This document shows, piece by piece, positions 53,837 through 64,000 of a DNA stretch of 64,000 nt (its first letter is position 1; every line of letters starts with the position of its first letter). The translations under genes were made by a program, and so were the position numbers. Below the pieces are notes generated by a model, which searched no databases, was not told where the DNA came from, and saw only the letters and a program-made list of their open reading frames with translations. This DNA is from Lytechinus pictus (taxonomy: Eukaryota): NCBI RefSeq assembly GCF_037042905.1, contig NC_087245.1, positions 4,652,001-4,716,000 on the forward strand, read 5' to 3'.

Positions 53837-55468
53837 CAAATTACGGGCCTATATATCCCGTAGGACAAATTTCAGACGTCATATACGTCACAATGCAGGG
53901 CCCCCAAGAAAAACAGTGCTTAGTCCACTGTTGGGGTTAACCTGGGTAAACAAAACGAAATGAATAAACAATGCTGACAATTCAATTAGATACTCAGATT
54001 TCAGAACAATGGCTTTCAAAATTATCTGTGCGACTCTTTAATCTTAACTTGAAATTTATAAAGTCCAATTTTCCTGTGACCCGATATTGCATACGATTTG
54101 ATGTTTTATGTATAAGTTTTACCCCTGATACACCCATAAGCAAGAGATAAAATCATGCCTTTTATAACTTTGCCACCGTCAGCTGCCTCGGTTGATTGTG
54201 AGATGGACTTTCACAGAATTCTTCTTATTTTTTCTGTCCTTTTGTTTCTCACCCCACCATTTTTTCCTTTTACGCTCCCCTTGAAAGTGGTATACAGGGC
54301 AACTTGTCTCTATAGGCTCTCAAGATACGAATTAGAATTTTGTTGGCCATATTTATCTAGATAAAAAGGGAATGAAGTATTCTAATTGCGATATGATAAT
54401 TTTTTTAATCATTTTTGGCGTTTTTAGCAAGCCACATCCAAAAATACCGTCATAGGCCTGTGCATGCGTACACAGGAAGGGGTCTGCACTGGAAAGCATT
54501 TTTCTTCCAATATTCTGTGACTGACAAGCAAAATCAGATTAATACCACACAAAAAAAAATTGTTTTCCCTTAAATTTTGACAATTGTAAACGAAATACAC
54601 CCCTCCCCCGTTGACGCCAAAGGAGGGGTCCAAACATCAGAATCACAATTTTCATTGGGTGAGGATGTTATCATTTTCATAACTTTTAATCATAATAAAA
54701 TTTTCTTTAGGAAGACACAATTTACAAAGTCATGATAATTAATTTTGATTATTTGATTACAACACCAAAGAAAAAGAAAAAAAGGTGCTATACGCTTTCT
54801 CGCATCCCCTCTCTCGCTGGAATATACTTTGTTGTGCTATGTTTGTGTAAATGTTCACTTTATTGTTGATATATCATATTGTCTTATATAGATAGTAACG
54901 TAAAAACTGTATAAGTTTATTATGTCCATGGGCGCGATTTCATGACGTCATTCTATTGAAGGGGGGGGGGGGTGAAATAATAGATCATCTCCCCCCCCCC
55001 CCCTGCGTGAACAATCACTGCTTGGAATTACGCCAGCGATAATTACAGATTCAAAATGCTAAATTTCACTGATAAGACTAGCAAATTTCTTGCTAGATCT
55101 CCATATTTCTCCAAGACAACCATCTGTGTTATTGCATACCATAATGAAAAAAATTTTCTTACTGAGCAGAGTCGTTTTCTGGCTCACCGCGAACTCTGTT
55201 AAAAATACGAAGATTCATGGTGAAACATGCATGTGGTGAAATAACAATTTTTCAATACACTCCCTTGCATGCATTCTGAGCCGGTCCTATCACAGACCTC
55301 TACCCTAGATCCTATATTCTCGTATCCTAAAAACCCTAACCCTAACGTGAAAAATTAATGTGTAGAACTCCTATTTTCATCACATGATTTTTTTTTAATT
55401 CTCAAATCTGGGATTTGAACCTCTTCCACATCCTCTTTGACATTTAATGTATTATATATTTTTTCAAT

Positions 55469-55853
55469 GAATAAATAAATAAATGAATTTAATAAATAAA
55501 TAAATAAATAAAAAATAAATAAATATATAAATCACTCACTGACCCGCAGGTCTCTCCTCCCGATATAAATGATTGGGGGAGTGCAGGTGAACCACGACAC
55601 CGGGCTTTCCCCATATACTCTTATACGAATAGAGCAGTGGGTGTGACTCTCCTCTACACGGGGCCTCCATTTAACATCCTATCCTAGGGATCAGAGTGTT
55701 TTCAACTGTAACATAGACTGCGTCTATATATAACAGGGGAGAGACGTATCATAACGCATGATTCAGTCACCTTCCTTGGGTGGACTCGAACCCACGACCT
55801 TTGGTATGTTTGGTTCGACAAGCAGACGCTTTACCGACAGAGCCAATTTCGCT
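55469..55853 (-). mobile_element. Deu-domain SINE, near full length, with (TTTA)n tail
   Basis: Minus-strand A box TGGCTCTGTCGG and B box GGTTCGAGTCC, body matching 41215-41486, and an AAAT array at about 55469-55531. Confidence 0.85.
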
Positions 55854-56067
55854 TAGTTGGCTCATTATGAAGAATATGAAGAAAAATAAAGTATTTTTGT
55901 TTTATTTCAATCCATCTTCTTTCTTTTCCCCAAAATAGACATCCTATGCATGTTGAATTACAAGAATGTTAATTCATTATATTACCTATCCTCTTCCAAC
56001 ACTATACTAATATGACAATGGAGGTAGAAACACGCAAGTATACATGTCGTGATGGGTTGTGTGTATC

Positions 56068-57828
56068 CATAGGCGGCTGAAGCGGGGGGACAGGGGGACA
56101 CGTCCCCCCCCCCCCCTAAAAAAAAAGAAAGAGAGAAAGAAAAAAAGGAAGGAAGGAAGAAAAGGAGGAAGAAAGAAAGAAAAGAAGAAAGGAAGAGGAA
56201 AAGATAGCAAGTAAACTGAATAGCTGAAACAAAGAAATATTAAAACCTATATATAGGAATAGTAAAAAAAAACAGTTTTTACTATGGAAAATACACAAAT
56301 TTCAAACTCGCTCCCAATGCGATTTTGTTCAGAATGTGTATAAAAAAAAAGAGAGCAAGATAAGAAGAAAAAGAAATGTGAATAAAATAAGGGGAGGGGA
56401 AATTGGAAATTGAAAAAAAAAAATATCGGGTTACTACATAAAAAAGAAAATTTCGTTCACACTTCGCACTCGCATTCCCTCCTGTTAAGTGAGATACAGA
56501 ATCTGCTCAAGACATTAGGATAAAATGGAGTTTAGAATAGGCCTATCCAATATTCGAGTCAATATGCACAAATTATTTTGCTTGCGATTCGAGTTTCCAT
56601 TGCATTCTATTCATGCTTGCAAAAAGTACTGAATATCAGGAAAAAACAGCTAGCGCTACGCGCTGGCATTATTTGACAGGCGGATGTAGTGAGATATGTT
56701 TTCTCTTCATGTATTACAAAAAACAGTAATTCAAGAGTTACCGTTTCAAGTCAGTATATCATTTATTTTCATCTCGTTCCTCGCATCAATTGTATAGTAA
56801 CACGACCATCCTATTCATCGTTTAAAAAAGTGCTTAGAATCCGAGGTTTTAGGTCAGAATATTAATTTTGTTCAGCTCGCGCTTTGCGCTCTCATCAATT
56901 GTTAAGATATACACATCCAGTTCATGGTCACAATAAGTGTATTAGAATTTTAAGGTTTGGGTCGGAATATCAAGAATGTTTAGCTCGCCCTTCGCTCTCG
57001 CATAAAAGGTTTAGTTAAATAGCCATTCTGTTCATAATTACCAAAGTGCTCAGAATGTCCCAATTTTAGATCAGATTACATTAAAAAATTCAGCTCACGC
57101 TTCGCGCTCGCATCAATTGTTTAGATAGACACCCATCCTGTTCGTGGTCACAAAAGTGCTTAGAATGTCCAGTTTATGGTTGAATTAAAAAAAAATTTGT
57201 GCTCGCGCTACGCGCTCGCATAATAAATGTAAAAATTTTAGGTCAGAAAATCAATATTTGTTTAGCTCGGGCTTCGCGCTTGCATCATTGTTTAGATAGA
57301 TACCCAATCCCATTCATGGTAACAAACAGTGCTTTACCCTCGCATAAAATGTTTAATTTAGATTCTGTCCATTCTGTTCATGATTATCAAAAGTGCTTAA
57401 AATGTCTAAATTTTAGGTCAGAATATCAAAAATGTTCACATCAATCGTTTAAATAGATACCCATCCTGCTATATAGAATGTCTAAATTTTAGGTCAGGTT
57501 ATCAACAATTTTCAGATACTCTCCTGTTCATCATTCATGTTCATGGGGGCGCAATTTTCCGAAAAGTACACAATGGCAACAAAATCAGGTAGGGCTCACG
57601 GGGTTCAAAATCCTGTAAATGCCCCTGCCTTGTTAGATATCTCATCATGTTTGTAAGAAAAACTAAGATGTACTTAAAACTACAGACTTTAGTGTAGATT
57701 AGACTACCCCGTAAACAAACAAAATAAACAACAGCTTTTTCCAGCCGACTCGGAAAATTTGGGTGAAAATATTTTTTTCTGCCCCCCCCCCCCCCCGCTA
57801 ATTAATTTGTATGCTTCCGCCGCCAATG
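56068..57828. mobile_element. 1.76-kb non-autonomous hAT-like element with internal GCTCGCGC tandem repeats
   Basis: Ends CATAGGCGGC / GCCGCCAATG. 8-bp TSD tgtgtatc / cgtgtatc. Confidence 0.85.
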
Positions 57829-58567
57829 CGTGTATCCGGCAAATCTCGTCAGAAGTGTCGACAATTTTCTTAAAAGAAACAAAAAATATCAAAAGGTCAT
57901 CAACACTTTCGAGAGCAGAAAAAAAAACGAATAAAGAAAAAGGAAAAACAAGTCACCGTTATTTTTCTTAAAAATTGTGTTAGAGGGGGCACTCTGCTGC
58001 CCCACCCCTTCCTCATTTTACAATCTATACCCAAAATATTTTCGGTTTGAGGTAGAAAAGGGTGCTGATTTATCATAAAACCTACGTCATCATTGGTACT
58101 GATAATATATTTTGCACCATTATACAACTATGAATAGTATATCCATAGTTATCTATAAATAAATAACATCTAGCCAACAATAAAGCCAACAATATTCATG
58201 ATATTAGAGATCAGTTTCACCATAGATCATTATGAATCTGTAAAGAGATCTTCAATACATGCCGCCTATCTCAACCTTATACACCCGTGTAATCACCGCA
58301 ATTTTTACCCCATAAAAATTCCACAACACCTTTTGGGTCGCCCGGGAGCTCCTTAATTCATACCAAAACAATCAACACGTTTAATAATCGGTCCCCTCTC
58401 ATCTACTTGTTGTCCTTGGTTACACGTTTGACGTCATAATTGTCGCAAGTACAAAAATATTGATAGCAGGCGTCGAATTTGAATTTCGAATTCTTTTAAT
58501 ACAACATCACTGAGATGCACTTTTCAATATTTAAATTCATAGCCAATGCATTATGAGACAGCAGACA

Positions 58568-58845
58568 CCAGTGGAGTAATGGGTAAAAAAATGAGGGGGA
58601 CAGACATAGCATATGGGACAAAAACTTAACAAAGCAGCCAGAGAGCGAAGTAAGCGAACAATAAGTTTAAACTTTTGATAGAAAAAAATACTCTTAATAT
58701 GTGAAAGTTTTTAAATTTAGAATACTGGTATTATATATTTCATGAGTTTCCTTTTCTGTCATTTTTTTCCTCCACCTTCTCCCCCTTGGTCGTGAAAATG
58801 TTGGGGGTCCATGGCTCTCAACCCCCGCCCTATCATGTACGCTAA
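58568..58845 (-). mobile_element. Degraded inverted copy related to the 50016-50269 MITE family
   Basis: CAGTGG..TAATG start, ttggtcgtgaaaa and tgtacgc end motifs shared with the family. Confidence 0.55.
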
Positions 58846-60089
58846 TAGATGAAATTCAACCTCCAGGGCCTGGTTGCATAAATTGAAGAAAAAAAAAACT
58901 ATTACGTCAGCAATGATGTTATCAATTTAGTAACTCTCAATGACCTAGGCCAATATACACATTCGCGCAACAGGCGCTAACAATGAATATTAACGAATTT
59001 TATTTGCAAATATTAAATAATATTAAAATAAAGCTTAAACTTTTCTCGTTTCACTTTCAAATGTGCAAACATCATCTCGTCAACTTTTTGATATTTTGGT
59101 AACCTAAATCACTTCATACAAGAATGTGTTTCTATATAATTTATGGCTTGGCATTGTGAATCATACATGAGATGTGATAGTGCATGAAGAAAGATCTTAA
59201 CATATTTTTTTTTTTTATTGTTGACGACGAATAGGTGTTGTTTTTAATGAGGGCGTTTGCTAACAAAACCCGTTTCCGATGTGTAACTCTGGAAACAAAC
59301 AAAAACGAGTGAAGAAGAAAGTGGAACGAGTGGTAGCGTGTTACAGATTGGAAGAACGGGCGTCATCCCGTTGCTATACCAACTAGAAAATATCAAGTAT
59401 AACAACGACGATCTGAATGTTGAAAGTTGCTGAGTATTCACTGACTCCATCTTGCTTTCATGTTTTCTTCTTAATTTCTTTTTTTTTTTTTGTGGGGAGG
59501 GATATGTCAGTTCTGTAAGAGTACGATTCAACTGTTTAACTGAGCAATTCTGGTTACACATCAGTCATTTTTAGTAACATGTTATCAATGTTCATCAGGA
59601 CTATGGGAGTGGGGTTCATTGGGTTACACATCCGAATAACAAAAACCTTTGTTTTGTTGGAATCTTAAATTCATTAAATGTCTATGTTTACCACAAATAC
59701 AAGTCTTGTATATCTGCAGCTCTGTCGAAGTGAGTATATTTTTTTTCACTTCGCGCTGTTGAGTTGAATAAATTGGGAAATCAAATAAGTAAATGTTTAA
59801 CTCAAAACCAGGTGCAAAACAAAAAAGTGTGATAATTCAAAGTTTCACATATTTTCACAATACAATTTCAGATATGACCTTGTATATTATGATAGTTTAC
59901 CCTATTCTAATAAAATAATTATACATGTTTACAGAATTGAGACTTATTCTACATTATAATGAGAAAAAAAAAATCATATTTCATATATCATTTTGAAATA
60001 CAAAATCAGTTAAATTATAAAACTATCCCGCCAAATTATGTAAGTCTACAACATTTTTCCCTATAATTAACCCCTACTTGCGTCCTGGT

Positions 60090-60354
60090 CACGGAGGTAC
60101 AGATGTGACCATTACCCCCCCCCCCATAAAAAAATCCATGACCAAGAAAAGAAAAGGAGATAAGAATATCAAAGGAAAAGAAACAACGGTTATTAGAGGT
60201 GATTTCATTTTCTGAATTTCAATCTACATGTATCATATACCATTTGATTTTTATTTTTGAAAGGTCCAAAATTTTGCCCACTCGCTTCGATCGCTCTGCA
60301 ATCTTGTCACAGACGCGATGTTGTGCCCCGTCATTTGGCTTATTAACACCACTG
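60090..60354 (+). mobile_element. Degraded copy related to the 50016-50269 MITE family
   Basis: Shared tacagatg, gaccaagaaaa, cattttctgaat and ccactg motifs in the same order. Confidence 0.55.
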
Positions 60355-60599
60355 ATCCCAGATCACCCCAAATGCTGGCACACTGCTCTTCTACATTCAC
60401 CTATATAATGATGATTGCTTCCAAAGCTATAGTAATCCCATCAAATACCTTTTTTGTTATTGTTTTTAGTAACGATAGAATAATTATTTAGAATCAGAAT
60501 GTGAAATAGTTCTTGCGATATATCATTACACCTTTATGAAATGAAAATGATATGTTTTTTTTTTATGTATTACTATAAAAAAACAATAACATTGATACC

Positions 60600-60764
60600 A
60601 ATGATTATAATGATGATGATATCATTACCATCATCATTATCATTATCATCGTCATCATCATCATCATTATTATTATTTCCATCATCATCATCTTCATCAT
60701 TATCATCATCATCTGCATCTTCATCATTATTATCATCATCATTATTATCATCATCATTATTATC

Positions 60765-60796
<32 letters not shown>

Positions 60797-60809
60797 CATC
60801 ATCACCATC

Positions 60810-60846
<37 letters not shown>

Positions 60847-60860
60847 CCATCATCATTATG
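60600..60860. repeat. (ATC/ATT)n microsatellite
   Basis: Visible trinucleotide array; it explains the poly-S, poly-D and poly-M ORFs. Confidence 0.97.
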
Positions 60861-60939
60861 CTCATCAAACGAAACAACTTGGAGGTCTTGCATGCGTCAC
60901 CAACTCTACCCCCGTCTTACCAAAAGTTTCCACTGAGCT

Positions 60940-61060
60940 TTTGACCAATCACAAGGGAGCTCATATTGACCAATGGGATCAGGGCGGGGCAATGAACACA
61001 ACGCTACTGTGCGGCATCATTAATCATTAACCCACACGCTCTTTAGAAAACGTAAGCCGA
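60940..61060 (+). promoter_or_regulatory. CCAAT-CCAAT-GC-box promoter-like cluster
   Basis: GACCAATCA (CCAAT at 60945), GACCAATGG (60970) and GGGCGGGG (60982), with a donor-like GTAAGC near 61052. Confidence 0.3.
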
Positions 61061-64000
61061 TTATGGATTTGTGTGGTTAGCGGTCCGAACGTTCACTTGT
61101 CCCTTTACCCCCTTCCATAACACATATATCCTTTCATTTCGTTGTTTACTTCTTTTCTTTCTTGTTTCACGCTCGGGTTTTTTTTTTAAACAGTTTAATG
61201 TTTTCTATTGTATCTCCAGTTAAACCAAGATAACGAACGAAGAAAGGAATGGATTCATATATATTTTGCTTCCGTGTAGGGGCTTAGTAATAAAAATCTT
61301 GTTATTTTGCGAACATTTTTATTTGTTCCGACTCATAGACATGATTTTTGTGGAGGGGGGGGGGCTCTATTCGTTGAATGTTCAATGTGGAGCATTGACC
61401 AATTTTCTGTGCCCCATCACCCTTTAAGTATTTAGGCTCAAGGATCGGCTGCAATGATCCGTTCCCTGTTAGTCTAGATTAACAATGAATATATATTATT
61501 ATTATATAGACAATTGATTTGATCCTGATTTTTTTTTTATGTAAGTGTTCAAAAAGTTGTTTTCTTTTAAATTCCCCTCATCGTGTAGTACATGATAAGC
61601 GGACCCATCAACAAAAATGTCGGTATCACTGTTTGAAGCAGGGCCATTTATCATTACATTTGAAATTCCATTCTGTGCACAATCCTTATGCCACGGTTTT
61701 ACTAAAACACTTAGACAAAGGCCCAATTAAACAGTGCCTCTGATATAATGATTTACATTTTTGGCTTATGGTTGTGACCATCTTGGTGGAGTGAAGTAGC
61801 TGAGCCTGCATGAGCTTCAAAAATCTTAACATGACAAACTAGACCGACGGTCTCCCGGTAACTCTCTAACATCATTCCGCACTACCGATTTCCGGCGATT
61901 GGGCCCATTTTCAAACAAGATGTATTATGACGACTGGATTAAGAACCAAATGAAAATAGAATGAGAGTTATCAAAAGAGAAAACATTGTAGCTCTAAAAA
62001 TACAGGGTTAGTGTGAGCAAAATAGTAGACGGAGACGGCGTGTGGGCCGGTGTCAGCTTCAAAGTACCGCCAGATTTACACATCAAACGCCTTGATTCAA
62101 CAAACCACTCTCCACTAAACTTTTGTTCCCTTTGTGCCACCAATGAAAAGAACGATAGAGAGATATACACCTATAACACGAACCGCCAATCTCAGATTTA
62201 TTCACGGGTAGCCATTCAAACACAAACATGCACACAAATAACTATTCTTTAAGTTTTAATCTTACATTTCCCCGCCGCCATTTAAGCTTTTTTTTTCCTT
62301 CCTTTTCTTTAATTAAAAAAAAAACCCTTTTGGATGCTGACATCGGAATATGATGACAAAACTGTGTTTGTATTCATGTAGGCATATTTACACTACAATT
62401 TTTAATCAGAAGAAAAATATAAATAAGTCAGCATCTTAAATTATTAAAATCATTTACAATCTGATACTCACTTATTAATAATAGGCCTCTTATGATGATG
62501 ATGGTGATTATATAAATCTTATGCGTGCGCAAAAAACACGGACCTTACTGTGTATATACACTCCAGGAAAATCGCACTTCATTTGCTTTCTTCACTAGAT
62601 TCCTTAAAAAAAAAGATGAACATGAGGAAGGGTAAACATGCACACGAATAATAATTATCTCTCCCGACCATTGTGCAGAATGAAGGCGAATATTACTGCG
62701 GTTTGAACCGAAGCAGTATATGAATTACATACAAGTTGAACCCGATGAAATATCTTTATTATCTTACTCACACCGAGACTTGCTTTCATGAAGTCGACTA
62801 ATAGTAAATCGCACCCTTAAACATTAGTTTTTATATAATACTTATATTTCTATGTGAATATTATCAGAAAAATAAATGCAGTGGCAAGTAGAATAACCTT
62901 GTCTTGGATACCCCCTATGCTACTGTACTATTATTATTCTTTTTCTTGGGGGGGGGGGGGGGTTATACAACAAACCGGCATATAAACTGTTTGAAATATC
63001 AGTGTTCAACGATACATAATATAATTTGGCACAATGCCTCAAGCGTCCCACAGAAATGATAATCATTGGTGCCACAAAATAGGCCTATGATATATCCTTT
63101 GACAGTGGTTTTCGTTTTCTATCAAGAAACGGTAGCATATCTTTAAAAAAATCACTAGGACCCTATACAGGAATGTCATGACTAAAACTAAACCCCAATG
63201 CTATTGAATGAAACAAATTGTATATTAAATTTACATTGATATATTGTTTGCTAATTCTTCCCCTTTTAATTCATTAATGTCTTCATTATATATTGGCGAA
63301 GTGGATTTGCTGCTTGCGCTTCCCGCTTAAAACAAATTTATTCGCATAGCAGCGGCTCAACAAAGACGGAAAACCAAAGATATACCTCGCCGTATTGTCG
63401 GGGATACCAACAGAGACCACCGCTGTACGGCGCTACTTATTTGGAGGCGGTTGAAAACAGAAGGAACATCTCAACATTGTGCATGATAAGCCCCCTTCTT
63501 AAGCCGCACGATATTTGCCTTTTTTAATTAGATTTTAGAAAGCGTTTAATCCACCAGTTGAGTAAACATATCGCTTTTTATTATCAAGATTCATTACCAC
63601 TGATAGCCACACTTGATATATAATAGGCCTAAGTCTTTTGGTAAAGCTTCAAGAAGATTTGACATTCAGCCTGGAAAGTCAAAGTGAATCGAAATATTAT
63701 CTGATTATAAGTATTAATGGTGTACTGCTATTGTTAAGAGTCTGAAATTTGGTTTCCAGAGATTGCAGAGCAATTAACAAGACACAAAGATTTATCAAAC
63801 ATGTTTTTAAAAACTAAACTACTATCTTTATGTTATGTCCGCATTGGTTTATTTTTCTTAATAGAGTAACTAAATACTGAAATGAGAACGAAATCTCAAA
63901 ACCTTGAGATTAAAATATGTATCACCTGATTGTCACAGTAATGATAAAACAACCCAATTTGGGACTTTTATAGCATTTGACATGTTTGATTTTCACAGCT

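Noticed and set aside
55333..55347. Interstitial telomeric repeat
   Set aside because: Only about two CCCTAA units, within chance expectation.
51320..57300. CRISPR-like array from recurring GCTCGCGCTTCGCGCTCGC
   Set aside because: Eukaryotic context, degenerate repeats, spacers homologous to each other, all inside hAT-like TIRs, and no cas genes.
59244..59561. 105-aa minus-strand ORF
   Set aside because: Non-ATG start, includes a poly-A-derived Lys run, and has no recognisable domain or splice context.
60541..60936. Poly-Ser, poly-Asp and poly-Met ORFs
   Set aside because: Translations of the (ATC)n microsatellite.

Overview
AT-rich animal genomic DNA. The repeat repertoire (Deu-domain SINEs, TTAA-flanked and 8-bp-TSD MITEs) suggests a deuterostome invertebrate, probably a sea urchin; this is inference. 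The only recognisable protein-coding gene is an odd-skipped-related C2H2 zinc-finger gene (Osr) on the minus strand. Its main exon (11842-12499) has clear splice sites and encodes the PTPPLTP and FDFAHLA motifs, ZF1 and most of ZF2. It lacks a start codon and needs a phase-1 upstream exon. Several ATG-containing phase-1 candidate first exons lie 14-37 kb upstream (26394-26481, 35748-35751, 49598-49610, weaker 37715-37727). I could not find the canonical YIHSKEKPF (ZF3) exon in the window, but read-through of the donor would complete ZF2 as H-x4-H and stop, giving a two-finger, Drumstick-like product. By eye, bases 1 to about 49000 are CpG-poor with isolated CpG-rich patches, while sequence beyond about 49300 is CpG-richer and transposon-dense, with a promoter-like island at the boundary. 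The rest consists of non-autonomous DNA transposons (some nested), SINEs and microsatellites. Two 23-24 bp inverted-repeat remnants flanked by perfect 7-bp duplications look like P/Galileo-type excision footprints. All calls were made by eye; no alignments or counts were run.
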